From assembly GCF_037042905.1 (NCBI RefSeq), contig NC_087251.1, forward strand, positions 16,990,001 through 17,050,000: a DNA stretch of 60,000 nucleotides, in the 5' to 3' direction. This document shows, piece after piece, positions 40,801 to 55,800 of this stretch; positions within the stretch are counted from its first letter, which is position 1, and every line of letters starts with the position of its first letter. Source of the DNA: Lytechinus pictus (taxonomy: Eukaryota). Position numbers and translations under genes: made by a program. The notes under the pieces are model-generated. The model had not been told where the DNA came from. It ran no database searches and worked only from the letters and a program-made list of their open reading frames with translations.

Positions 40801-43800
40801 TAGATCGTGGAGTAAATTCACAAGGAACTTTACTTTACCCCCAATGGTTACTCACATACAAACCTAGAATTTTATTGGTTGCCGAGCACTGTCGGCATGC
40901 ATGTCAGATTCCATAATAACAATTTACCCTCATATTTAAAGGACAATTCCCCCGGGACAATTCCACCCCAACAAAAAAAGTTGATTCGAATAAAAAAAAA
41001 ATAAAAAAAAAATCCAACAAGCATAACATTGAAAATTTCATCAAAATCGGTTGTAAAATAAAAAAGTTATGACATTTTTAAGTTTTGCTTAATTTCACAA
41101 AACAGCCCGGTCGGTATGCAAATGAGGAGACTGATGACGTCATCCACTCTCTATTTCTTTTGTATTTTATTGTGCGAAATATGAAATATTCTAATTTTCT
41201 CCTCATTGTCAAGTGAAACAACGATTAATTCCTCCCTGAACTTGTGGAATTAGTATTGTTTAATACTATATGGTTCAGTCAAGTTGGTACTTATAGTCAA
41301 ACATTAAAAAAAAATGTAATATTGTATAATAAAAATAAAAAAAAGGAATAGTGAGTGAAGGACATCATCGACTGTCTAATTTGCATATCATTGAATACAA
41401 TGTAATAGTGAATATCACTGTTTTGCGAAAAATAAGCGAAACTCTTAAATGTCATAACTTTCTTATTTTACATCCGATTTTGATGATATTGTCAGCGTTA
41501 TGGTAGTTTGATTTTTCTCAATTTATTCAAATCACCATTTTCTGAGGTGGACTTGACCTTTAAGTTCTTCATGGCAAGGGTCTCTACATATGTTTCTGTT
41601 CCTCAACTGAACGAACTGTCATACATTACTGATCCGTCAACACGAGAATACATTTAAATACAAAAAGATGGATAAAACAATGGCACAGCAAGGCAAAGAT
41701 AATGCAAGGTATGCTTTCAAGACAGAATAATATTATTTAAGGGGTAAATTCGAAATGTGGGAATATGGAACGACGAGACATCAACCTACTGATGATGTAA
41801 CGAGACAGTGTCTGTATTCATCTAACTTACTTCGACACTTCTTGCCAGATGTCATAGAGCGATGATCAGGAACATGTCTAAAATGTTCCGCACGCGAAGA
41901 GCAGGATAAAAGTGAAATTGTGCATAGCATACCTTGCGTGACTAGGGGGGAAAACGGGTGTTCTGACTCGGATACGAAGCTAGATCATCCTACTACGTGA
42001 TGGGATTTATAAGCATGAGATAAAAACATAACAAAATAATGCATTGATGACGTAAACTGTAACTTTTCACCTTCTCATATTTTCGAGGGGAGGAGATATG
42101 TTCTCCCTTTTACACCATGGGTAATGATAAACTAGAATTCAATTCTCTGTAGTTTATCCTTGTTTTGTAATCTTTACTAGTTTTGCAGATAGCCTGGAAT
42201 GAAAACGTTAAAGGAGAATGAAACCTTTGGAACAAGATAGCTTGTGTGAAAACAGAAAAATCAAAGAAACTGATCAACGAAAGTGAGAAAAATCAGACAA
42301 ATAATGAGAAAGTTAGGAGCATTTGAATATTGCGATCACTATGCTATGGAGATCCTCCCATTGGCAATGCGACAAAGATGTGTGACGTCACTTGTGAACA
42401 ACTCTCCCCATCACTTTAGTATATATTTCACTTAATATGCCTCTTTTATCAAGTCTATCAGTAGATCATGTGTTATTTCTATAGGAGGGCATGTAATACA
42501 GATTTTTAAAGAATACATCATGGATAAAGAGTTTGTATCACCACAAGAAAAATAAAAAAGATACATTTTGTGAGTATTTTATAGTCCATAAAAGGGAAAG
42601 TTGTTCACATGTGACATCACACATCCTTGTTGCATTGCCAATGGGAGGATCTCCATAGCATTAGTGATTGCAATATTCAAATGCTCATAACTTTCTCATT
42701 ATTTGTCTGATTTTTCTCAAACTTTCTTTGTTCTTATTCTTTGATTTTTCTGTTTCGACACAAGCTTACTTGTTCCAAAGGTTTCATTCCCCTTTAACCA
42801 TTCCTCACAAACAGTTGTGAAAAATCTCAGTTAGATCTTGAAGAAATGATAATTGACTATAATACCAATATTAAAGTCTTTTTATACAAATATGAAACGA
42901 ACCAATGTGTATCAAGAAGGTGTTTTAGGATAAAGCTCAATGAATCTTTAAAACAGAAAATTATAATTCTATACTTTTGGGAAAATATACTAATTTTCTT
43001 TATTTTATTTGATGCATATCTTAACGATGCTGAGATTTATTAGTAACCCCCTTGAACTTCAAAAAAGTTTTGATAGGCCTTTGGTCCAGTATTGTGTAAT
43101 GAATGTAGACAAGAGGTTAAACCACAAAGACATGGTCAGACCTAGTTTTTAAAAGAAGTATCTACAAGAAGTCCGACTATATAACGTTGGACAAGTTGGA
43201 ATGTATGTCTACTTCTCCTCGTCTTACTCTATTACACACGAAACACAACTCCCGGGATCTCATCCAGTGCCATGCACGATGAAATTGAAACATATTAAAA
43301 AAAAAACATCTTGTAAAATCAGAGAGGAGGACTGTGGGTGAATCAAGGTGATGTCATTCAATATGACATTAAATGATTTGATGAAGTCCAATCTAATTAT
43401 TGCTGTGTCTGTTTCGTTGTTCAGCGGTTGTTGATGGCGGTTGGAGTAACTGGACTCCATGGGCATGCGGTATCACCTGTGGTGTCGGAACCGAGACTCG
43501 GGTCCGGTCCTGCAACTCACCACCCCCGCAGAACGGCGGAGCAAGGTGTCTCGGTGAAGCCTTCGGAGCAGGACGTGAGGAAAGGCTGTGTCAACGCGAC
43601 CCGTGTCCTGGTAAGGGAAATCTCACTTATTTCTCATAAACAATTCTTTTTTAAATCTCACTCTCTTTCTGATCTGTTTATTTGTTCACACCGATGGCAA
43701 TGTAGTCACATGTTCTGATGAAAAGAAGGGAGAGAAAGATGGGAGGGCTCGGGAAAGACTTCAGAAAGAATGCAAGATGTCATCGTATAGTGGTTCGGAC

Positions 43801-46800
43801 GTGATAATATTGAGTGGGAGATGAGATGTGAGATGGTTCGAGAGATAGCAGAAAAAACAGATTCTTTGCTTGACTACTATGGCTCACAAAATAAAAACAG
43901 TGTTTATTCAATTAGACTAATCTTGTTATTTATTTAGTTCATTGACTTCATTCAACCTTGGGTCCATTCATGTTCAATATACACTCTTGACTCTGAGCCC
44001 ACCCTCGTCTTTCTTTTTAACTCAAGAAAATCGTGATGCGAGTGTTCTCAAAATTGCCTGTAAATATCTTTCGTAAATTTGACAATGTCTGTTTCAATTC
44101 ATCAATGTATTTCACACTTTACTCTGTTTATCAATAATTGTTATTGTCCGTTTCCAAATTGTTCAATATTTCTAACTGTATATTTTCAAACTTGTATATT
44201 AGCACTTAATTTCAAAAGCACGTTACTTTCAATGAAGAGTATTTGACGCACAGGAAGAATAATAATTCATGAAATATCAGTGACAAATTGTGATAATAAC
44301 AATGGAACATTTAATTACTTTAAGTAAACTAATCTCTTGGAGGATAACGAAAATAAATCCGTGTAATTAATCATGGATGTTCATATCAAAATACAATTTT
44401 ACAGTCTCCGACGTATATCTGTTATAGAGATGTCGTGCAGCCATAATATTCCAAATAATTCTGAGCTCCTTTGTACCTGCGTTATGATATAAAATAACTT
44501 ATGAAGATTATGTTTCCGCTGATGTTATCTTGTCGGATTTCCTAGTCTGGAGAAAGTACCCCAAAAGGATATCCTCTATCTCTCAAGAATAATCATTCTG
44601 TATTTGAAACTTCCACGATTTGGGTTTTCACCAATCCATCAACACAATTTTGATTGATTAAATTGCCGGGTCCATCAATAATTGGTTCAAATCTCTTAGA
44701 TTGAATTAGAACTTTTCAGTACAATTGATTGAAGAATGAATGCCAAGAATCGACTAAAAATAGTCGACTGAAACATTTTCTTTTCTAAAATAAAAAAGCG
44801 TCCTCTAAATTGTTGCTATTCTATTATTGAATCATGAGAGGTGATTGTTACATTTCAAGTCGGAATCGTTATCAATTATTAATGTAGACTGTGTCTGTGA
44901 GGCTAACAATTATTATTCCATCTCCTGTATCAGTTTGCAATGACTGATAAATGGCAATATTTCTTTGAACATATCAGACAGGTATTTCTTTACATAAATT
45001 TGATTAATGCCTAGGAATATTCCTACCTGTGTAAAAGCAAGGAGTTGCCAGCACCAGGTACCGCTTTACAGTGTCAGGAATATTGCGGGGTTGGTTGGAA
45101 ACTGGCACGAATGATTTTAATGCAATCATGTGATTTAAAATTGTTTGAAATTCAGACATTTTCATTCTGAATCTTTCACATCAAACGATTTTACCCTATT
45201 TCTTTGAATAGTTGATGGTGCGTGGGGTGAGTGGTCGTTGTGGACGGCATGTACCCATTCTTGCGATGGTGGAAGCCAGGAGAGGTATCGATTCTGCGAC
45301 AGCCCCACCCCTGCACACGGTGGAAGGAATTGTTCAGGTATTACCAAACAAGAACAGATGTGCAACCAGAGACCATGTCCGATCGGTAAGCAAACATGTT
45401 CCTGTTTTAATTTTTTGAGATAAAGAAATGTAAAGAGAAAGAAGATAGGAATAGGAGACAAGAAAAGGAGAGGGAGAGAGAGTGAAGAGGAGACAGAGAA
45501 AATAGAAAGAGAGAGAGGGGGGGGGGGCGAAGGAGTGGGCACAAGACAGTGTCTCTTTTGGATTGTTTCATCAAGAAATTATTTATGTCTGGGGACCCGA
45601 GCTTCGAACCTCTAACCTCGGAATCAACTTATAATGTCCACGTGTAGCTGAATATAAATGCAAGCCACAACGCTCAATCAAAAATAGAAAGGGTATATCA
45701 TGCAAAGAAAAAAAAGGACATATATCACTCTTTCAACATGTCCGAGAAGTACTTGATGAGACATGGATGTGCATTGCTACCTTCCATGTTTAATAGGTCA
45801 CGATAATGAACATGATGTTTCCGCAGAGACAGTTAATGTTGGTCTCACATCTGTAAGTCGTTGGCGCTGAACTTGAAAGAGGACAAACAAACTGATATTA
45901 GTCTGAGAAAGCGGATCTCCTTCCTCCTTTCACATATGTTTGTACTTGACATGCTCCCAGGCTCATTATCAAAATGTCGTTTAACGTTTTTCGATTAAGT
46001 AGACATCTTTATTTGAACTGATGTTACATTTGTGATGTCTTCACGATGTCACTCTGTAGTTTTCTTTGTAACAATATTTGGTCTCCTGTATTTTGAGGTC
46101 ATTTAGAGGGAGTGATGTAAGAAAGTCTCTAAAGACCCTTGTCTTCAATCGTTCACTGTGAAAATATCCGACTTCTACGATTAGAATCTAGAGTATTGTG
46201 ATGAGGACATGCATTTCATTCGTCAGATATTCATATTTTGTTATCTCAGTTATTATATCTCTTTATTTCCTTTAAAAAATATCCACTTTATACAAAAAAG
46301 GAGACATGTGTACTTTTGATGGGCATGACATTTACATTGAGAATATATTTTTCGGAATCAAGAATGATGCATGCAGAATTAAATATTTTTGATGTTTACA
46401 ATAAACATGTAGACATAATTATATCCATGTAGAATGGTCAAGTTTTGATTTTTCTTACATGATCAATTAACCCATTTCTTCTTGGTAGATGGATGTCTTT
46501 CAAGCCCCTGCTTTGAGGGTGTTGATTGCCGTAGCTCTGATGATGGTGTCTTCCAATGTGGACCTTGTCCAGTTGGTTACCGAGGTGATGGACAAACGTG
46601 TACAGACGTCAATGAGGTACGAATTCATTCAGAAGTAGACACTATCCTGGCGCCGAAAGAATATTGATCAGGCAAAAGATTGTTGGGGCAAGTCAATGTT
46701 GGCACAATAGCTTGCCCCTCCAGTTTTTTCGTCTTTAAAGTTTGCCCTGAGGCTACTGATTTCAAACCCTTTGAATCTTGTGATTTTTTGATTAGTTAAA

Positions 46801-49800
46801 TTGACCAGTTCTTTATTTATAAAATCTTTGGTCAAACTATTCACCCATATTAAACCTTTCCACTTTTGGATGATTAAGACATCATATTTTTTGTTACATG
46901 TCTCTTACGTTTAACTCATTGATTGTCGTAAGTTTCTGTTAACCGGTAACATTTGTAAATGAACATATAAACTCAACTTGAACTTACTTTTGATAATTGA
47001 GTATATATATTATTACTCTTCTTACAGTGCATGGAGGTTGTGAACGCGTGTTTTCATCACCACAGTCAGCATCGGTGCATCAATAAGGTTCCTGGATACT
47101 CCTGTCAAGAATGTCCGACTGGTTACCGTGGCAACCAACCCAACGGTGTCGGTATCTTCCACGCAAGTAGATATAGACAGGTAAGAGATTCTTGGTGTGT
47201 CACTATTTCATTCTATTTTCATTTCATTCTTAAGTTTATTGGTTTGTCTTAATAAGTCATCATTTGATGACGTGTGGATCAATGATTGTATTACGAAATG
47301 GCCTGGTTTACAAGGGCAGATAATTTCTTTGGTGTAAGAATTTCGATCGTATTGAGCGACTCAATATGTCTGGCGCCGTGGCTACCATCTTAAATATTGA
47401 ATATGGTGGTTTGATCATCACGTGTTTCATTATGGTCATGAAATTTGTTTGTCCGATAAGAGCAATATTGAAAGGTTGTCCTGTATTTCGTTATCATAAT
47501 GGTATACTGTTTGTGGATATGGTTATATTTTTAATCATCACTTTATTCAATACATAACAGAGAGGAAATCTTTAATTTCTGGAATAATCCTTGAAACAAA
47601 ACATGAAAACGTGTCCGTGCATCTATAAATTTGAGTCATATATAGTTTTAGCTGTAGAATTACTTATCAATAAACTTAAGCATGAATCAAGGTATTTCCG
47701 AATGAAACATCCCTTTACCTTTGTTCAAGAGGGGGTTTTCCTATTCAGCTTTCTGACAATGAACAGGGGGTTTCCGTTAACCTAGTAAACTCACTGTGTT
47801 GTCAATTCCGTCTCTGTCAGCAATTTCCGTTTTATTTTAAAAGAGAAAATTGTTAGATGTAAGATTCCCCAAATAAATGACATGCCATCTTTCTCCTACC
47901 TATTGGCCAACGAATGACTTTTAATCTAGTGTCAATGTCAATGTGTTATTTATTAATTCTTAGAGTTTAAGAACAAATTAAAGACATTTGGTCTGTTTGC
48001 ATGTATTTCACCAATACGACATGGAGTCAATTACCCCAGGTAATTGTTTAAAAATTATAGTTTAATCCATATCCAATGACAACACATAATTTATGTAGTC
48101 AATGGTTTGGAGTCTGATAATGCTGTATTTTAACTTTAAAAATGACCGAGCTTTACCAGCACCACGGGGTGAAATTCACAGGGGGGGGGGGGGGTTGGGT
48201 TATTTGGGTGGGTACACCCTAATTTGACATGTTTGATGACAAGACAGCTTTACTGATGACCTTATCCTCCCATCCAAGAGGAAACTCTTGTACCCTATAG
48301 ACATTCAATGTTAGACATGCTAAACGCCCTGTAAAGAACCTCATGATATGCTTTCAACCGACTTGCTTCCATCCTTCTCTCTCCTTATTATTTTGGCATT
48401 CATCCCACATTATTCTTTTCAGACGCTACTCGCCTCAAAACATTCTGAAATAATTATAGACAATGTATTTTTGCACAGAGGTGTTTATATAGTACTAGCT
48501 ACACGTACCACATTATTAACTTTCGATATTCCATCAAGTTCATAAATTCCCTGTGAGCGTAATGCTTCTAAACATGACGGCGGTCTACACCACAAAACAA
48601 CAAATCCATGGACATTTGACTGATGAAATAGGTAAATGTCATTTTGCGGATAGACCATGGTTTTGCCCGGAAACCAATTTTTTCTACTACCTGACGTGAT
48701 ATTTTTGCTCCTTTATTTTACCCTTTATACACTTTCCACTAACAGTAAAATATTTCGGTAAATGAGGTGAAACGGCTATATCCGCAAAATAATTTTGTGA
48801 AGTATTTCTTGAAGGAGAATCGTTCGAGTCTAATCGGAAACATATCCAATCCCTAGACGCCAACCTCCCTTTCAATACTTCCTATTATGCCATGTTCATG
48901 TTTGACTTCTCTCCTGACACGTCGCCTCGTCCCAACTTAAACCCGTACACTCAATCTGCAAGCTTAGAAATTCAAGGCCATCGTGTCCTCAAACCATATT
49001 TTCATTTTGGAAATGCCTCCAAAAATGTTTATTGATCCGAACGTGTTTTCCAGGTTGTTTTTATCCAATGGGATATCGATGACATGTGTTATGGGGAAAG
49101 ATTTGATACGATGGATGGTTGGATGGAATATGTAGCTCGTATTTGAACCCCATTTCCCTCCCACCCGAAACTACAGGACCTTGCTTGTCTGATTCGGATA
49201 CCGCTAAGAATGAAGAAGGAAGTGTTCCACTCCAAGTTCGTGGAGGGTGCCCAATGTAACACCGAACCTGAAATAGAGTGAATGTATGAGAGAGAGAGGG
49301 AGGGAGGGGGGGGGGGATAGAGAGGGGAGGTGTGAGAATAGGTAATAGAGTCACGTACCAAGAGTAGTCTCAATGATAGAAAGTTTAGAAAACTGAGATG
49401 TTATTACAACAGACATGAAAGAACATGGGTCATTTCAAATGAGCACAGCCAAGATCGTTGGAGATACTGTTTATTTGATTTTGACCTTGCAGCACTGTAC
49501 TTTGAAAATATTCGAGCACCCCCCCCCCCATCTCAATAATACCGACACCATAAGCACTAGAGTAAAAGTATACAACAATTGAGTAAAATCTGTTTATCTG
49601 GCAAAAAACTTATATTGGGTACTTACACACATTTATGGATTTATTTTGGTATTATGGTTGGGCGAGTCTACCAAGTTTTAAGCCAATATTCAACAAATCA
49701 TCAGTTTAGTGTGTGATGAACGAACTGATAACCTTCCTATCTCTGTTAGCGTAAACCCCGTGACCAAAAGAATCTTGAAAGTCCTGGAGAAGACATCCTC

Positions 49801-52800
49801 TGTCCTTCAGAGCCAATCTTCAAAGGCCACATAGTTCACTCTTGTAATGTCATTGTCATGGTCAGTTGAGACCACGAAATAACCCATGATGGATTTTCCC
49901 GACATCACCAATAATTTCAAATCGTATCGAAAGTAAAGAGACAATAACAAGATGAATGGATTTTGATGAGTCGAGAGGCGTCAGATGTTTGACAATAACA
50001 TTTCTCGAGAAAATAGGATAACGAAAATTTGAATTGTTTGGCCTAGTTGAGATGTGAGGTGAACGCAATACCAGACATCAAGCAGATGTATGTCACCCCC
50101 GATAAACTTTCTTTATAAAAGCATGGACCTACTACATAGGTCCATGATAAAAGACCCTAATCTATCAAAAAGGACGCAACGATGTTTATACATTATTTTT
50201 CATTTCGTCTTTAAACCAAGTGGTCGATAAATTTTCCATAAAATAAATTATTAATAGTATTTTAAGGGTTCTCTTTTACTGATCTGTCAAGACAAAAAAA
50301 TTAAAAGTATTGAAAAAAATCTTCTCCATTTGCCTTTGCATTGTTGGGCGATGGTGGTGAGAGAGTGGGGAAATGATAGCCTGTATGTGAACGTATCATG
50401 CTTATGGGGTTCAGGGGGCTCTTCCCTCTCTAGATATACAAACAGTTAAGGACTTAACCAAAATGATAATAAATAACGACATGTGTTGCTCTTTACTTTT
50501 ACATTAACGTGTGTTAACTTGTTATTTGTATTTTCTTTTCATCGGACTTGTCATTTATTATCACTCATTAATTTTGTCACCCCCAGCAATGTATCCCGAT
50601 CAACCCATGTACTGAAGGCACCCACGACTGTGCTGCTGACGCTAAATGTACATTCTTCGGACCGTATAGTCAACCTCAATATGGCTGTCGGGTAAGTTTG
50701 AAGTTATTTTCATTCAAATTCATTCTGTCATCTTATTTCTTGATCAGAAACTATTAAACTTACCTTTGCGTGCTTCTTTATTTGTGTTTAATTTCACTTA
50801 TCATTTTGATAATTTGCAGATCCCATGAGCATGATGAGTGGTTTCAAAGTCATTTCTATGATGGTGCTTCAGCAACTAATTTGTATCGGGGCCTTAGGGG
50901 GATGTTCCTTTGAAAGATGGTTGGTTTTGTGAATATCAACACTATCACACAAAACTTTTGAGAAACGTCTATGAATGTTGAATATTGGAAAATCACCCAA
51001 GCACCTTATACATCAAAATGCAAATGAAATCCCAAGACATTATATGTCTACAATGAATGGGAGCGAATTTTTATTACAATTATTTAGCCTTAATATATGC
51101 TTTTCTGTTAAATTTCGTCACAAACAATGATAATGAATGACAAACAGTGTTTTTATCATTATTGCGATTATGCGACAAACTATAATATAATTATGAACAG
51201 ATATATAACTGTCAACTGAAGGTACTTCTGGTCAAAACGGGGAAAATTTTATTTGTAGTGTATGAATTCATTCAATCGCTCTAAATTCTATCTTCATCTC
51301 TATAATTCTTCATCATATTTTACGACAGTCAATGTTACCATAGTCGAGTTGTGTTTATTTTTCAAATCAATCAAATTATACAATGAATTATGTCATTTGG
51401 GTTATTGAGTAAAATATATCCGCTGAGATTTCCACGAAGCGTCAACAGATACCACATAGAATTTTGCCCGCAAGTCAAGTAATCATAGCAATAGGGAGGG
51501 GATCGTGTCATGTACAATTATGTTTAGAGGGTGTATTTTTGTATTTGATTGATAAATTGTTGGATGAAATATTATTGAATCCGGAAACTCAGGATGGGAT
51601 GTGAAACATGTCAAAGTTCACGCGATTTCATCCAGTATTGCCATGGTAACCACACTGCCCATTAGAAAACTGTCATCGAACGTTAACAGATTCAAACACC
51701 CTCGCAGCTAAGATATCTAAATATGTCAACAATATATGGCATTCCATAAGCTCTATGGGCGGTGATGTCAAGGCACTTCGTCAAAATATTGTTGATATGA
51801 TCCCGAGGCAGAATATTTGATATATTTCATTCTCTCGAACTCAACATGATTAATGCAATGTCATGATCGGTTTGCAAGGTGTCATGTTATCATTTTCGAG
51901 AAAAGACATTTTGACGAGTGCTCGCATCATCACGTTAGTTGCTAATATAGAACTGTGCCTCTGTGTATCAGTGATATGCACACGCTCTTCCTAAGATGAG
52001 AATATTGTATTTGTATTCTGAATGACAAGAAATACTAAATAAAACTTAATAAAATAATCAAAATGGGTCATTCAAAAACTTTCCATGAATGCGAATGTCT
52101 TGGAAGAGATCCGTATTTAGCGTGATACCACCGACCCTTTTGGCAGCCATCGCATATCTCGTCTAATTCAATTTGACGGTTCCTCTCTCCCAAAATGAAG
52201 AGTATCAAAATGAAATGATAACAATCGGTTTGTATTTTTTAAAGAAAAAAATGATGATTTGTGTCTTGGTGGTGGGAACAGGTCTAGAGCAAGGAGTGCG
52301 AATAGGGGAGCACTTAGCTGGTGATCTCGGTAGGAGGTTGTATAGCCCGAGTATAGCCGAGACTGTCGGCTTTCCTAACCCACTCGGTGAAGATTCACCC
52401 TCCAAAGACCCATGTCTCACCACAGGGATATAACACTGACGTCAAGGGTCACGGATAAATCAATTTGAAATATGAAATATTAGCACTATATCATAGTTGT
52501 TACTACCGATAGGAATTTGTATGTTGCATTTCGTAAGTTTATCAATGTGTATTGAGTTACACCTATTGGTTCCAGGGGTAGTGAACCCCCTTTAAATCAA
52601 AGTTAGGTATTCGGGTTTTGATCTAAGTTTCATCTTCCAGAAATAGGTGTTATCAACAACTCTGATAAAGATTTCTGCTTGTCATTCCTGAAGTATTAAA
52701 GAGATATTTGGCATTCACCTCAATCTATAAAAACATTAAATCCTAATTATATTATGCATATAAAGGTGTGTAATTAAAAAGGAAGCTTTTTGATTGTTAA

Positions 52801-55800
52801 TGATGTTTTGATCCATATTTGATAAAGAAGAAACGTATCAGTATTGTTGTTTAGCCAGAGGTGTTGATTTTTAAAGGGGGGGGGGGTAATTCAAACATTG
52901 TTCCTTCTTCTAAAGTGAGTTCTAGATCGTTCATATAGCGTTTGTCACTTCTGATGGAAATCTTTTCGGGTAAATCCCTTTATCCACATATTTATTCTCA
53001 ACGGAATCCCGCCCATCAGATGATTCTGTCATGAACTTTTCATTTCGCTCACTACCACCTCAGGAAGATCTACTCAACATTATCTTGCGCAATCTATCTC
53101 CATTGTGTATTGTGCGCACAAAGGTTGTGACGTCACCTCAACGAAAGGCTTTTTGCCAAGAGAGATTGTCATCATGGATCTTATGATTGCGTGGAAATAT
53201 TTTTTTGCCATAAATCATACAATTACGAGAGGAACATTTCTGCCAAAAGTTATACAACGATTTCATGAAATATGATTTGCAATATGTCATTTAATTTCCA
53301 TGTTGGTGTTTACCCAGAATAAAATGTTTGTCTTAATCAGTGACGATGCAGCGTCCTTTCTTCATCTTATTCCCAGTTTTTTTTTTTTTTTTGCTTAAAA
53401 AATTCAGAATTTTTGTCCCCTCTCGTTTAATTCCTTCAACCCTCTTTGGTATTCCTGTATCAATTTCTCGTTCTCTACATTCCACTCGTTCGTGTCTTTT
53501 ACCAAAATAATTAGATTTATGAATTTAAACTTTCTTTGAATCAATCAAAGATGACACTTTTCTTTTTTCTCTTTCTCTTGATCTTCCTTATTTCTTTCCC
53601 CGGTTTCTTTCCAGAGACCCTCTAGGTATTTCTGTTCCTCTTTCTTGTTGACATCTTTCTTGTCCACCTGCTTCTATCCCAGCACGATCAAACAAAGATA
53701 TATTATCAATCAAGAGAGGTCAATTCAAATTCTACCCCCTTGATTGCATGAAGATGCAGTTATAGACGTATAGGCCTGCATAGATTGGCCTATAACGGAT
53801 TCAGCACATTAAAGCAAGCAATACTCGTGTCGGATCGCAATGGCGATAACTTCTACAGAACATTAAACTATCCATGAAATTCGCGTTGACGCATTCAGCA
53901 AGAACTTGACGTTTGTTTAAATTAAATTACGTCTTGGACACGTGTGATGTAATGTGTTTTTTTCAAGAAGTTACCACATAGGCTAGGTAGACAATGTGAA
54001 CAAAAATGACTAAAATCAGGAAGCATTTATCAGTATTCAATGCCACTTGACTATATTATGTCGTAATCCCTTAGTCATCTGATTACTGGATGAAATGTTT
54101 GGTTTTATTTCAACAAACTAAAAAGACACCTGTCCTCGTACATGGCAATACCTCACAATGACTTCTAACCACAATTTATAAGAGAGAACTAGTCTGTCTC
54201 TTTAGATAATTTGGTAATACATGTATTTTTAATTTTGCGTAATATGTAAAAAAATAAATAAAAAAAGAACAGTGCAAGATAATGAGCGTATGCCACAGTA
54301 GAAACCAAAAGTAAGAACACAATCGTGCTTCTGGACCACGGAACAATTTTTTTTTTAATTTGTATACCCTGCACAATTTTTTTTTTTTTTTTTTTCATAT
54401 TTCTATGTAGTGTCGGACAGGATACGCTGGTGATGGCTATGCTTGCGGTCTAGACTCTGATCTCGATGGCCGACCTGATGTCGACCTTGACTGCCAAGGG
54501 CTTGGTGATTACATGCATTGTCAGAAGGTAAAATTAATTGTACCCATAACAATTATAATCTTTATTTTGACTTTATTCTTATTTTTCTCTTTGTCTCTTT
54601 ATCTTGTCTGTCTATCTCTTTCCCAAGGGTAGCCGAATAAGAATAATAAATATAGGAAAAGATGTAGAATAATAATAAAATTGTATTATTTCCTCAAACT
54701 ACTGACTTAAGGAATCGGGCAATAAAGTCTTTTTATGTGTATAGCTCTTTTCTTCTCACCATTCTAACATGTATAAAGACGATATTTTTAATTGTCATTG
54801 ATATTGGATGAAAGACATATCACTGTAATATTTAAAAAAAAATGAAGAAAAAAAAACACACCAACATTTGGTGAAACTGAAAAGGAACATTTGTTGATGT
54901 TGTTCACATGAAACACACTGTTCGCTCTTCACCCAATATTTAACAAACCATCGAGGAGTGCTATTGAGGAATGGTGTGTTTTATCAAATAAATTTATTTC
55001 CAGATATTCAGGGCACCCCTGAAATATACCCTCTAAAAGAATGACAACAATTCCATATGGATTGATTATTTTTGCACTTATCATCAAGAATGATGTAAAT
55101 ATTTGAAAATGCAATTAAATGCATTCACCTATCATCCTATATTGGGAAAGTGACACATACCTTACCTGGTTCAACCATACCTTTCTCATTCCTTCTGGAA
55201 ATCCCGTAAACTGCGCGCTACCTGAGTTGTCCCGAAGGACACTCATAGGGATCAACATTGGGATGTTAGCAATAATTTTTCTCGTTCAATAATCATTTTA
55301 AAAAAAGTTGAGAATTTTCCATGCATTGTCATCACGTACGAATCTACCGTGTTTGAGGTTACTCGGCAAAACAAAATGATTAAGTTAATTACTATGTCTA
55401 CAACATTTTCCACCAATAAATTCAACCCCCCAAAAAAATTGGTGCAAAACACGCTCTTAGAACGATAACAACCGTATAATTTTTTTTCTTTCTTAACAGG
55501 ATAATTGTATTCACATACCTAACAGCGGACAAGAAGATAGCGATGGCGATGCCGAAGGAGATGCTTGCGACGATGACGACGATGATGACGGTATCAGGGA
55601 TGCTAGGGTAAATTGAACTTCGATATTTTACATTTTTCCTCTTCTATTCCATTTCTTTTTTCCAGTCCAGAGATTTAGGATTGCAAATGTTCATTTTCTT
55701 CTTGATGTGTTCTTTTTGTTGTTGAAGCGATTTCAGTTGATTAATAGAATTTGATATCCAACGTAATTATCTTGTTGACCTGTTTAATAAGAGATAAAAA

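Noticed and set aside
39839..45540. GA-rich tracts downstream of the TSR exons as a shared splicing element
   Set aside because: Similar GA tracts occur elsewhere (34.1 kb, 49.3 kb) and share no specific motif.
52173..52445. GC-rich intronic patch with overlapping ORFs on both strands
   Set aside because: No domain similarity, and inclusion would disrupt EGF3; probably a repeat remnant.
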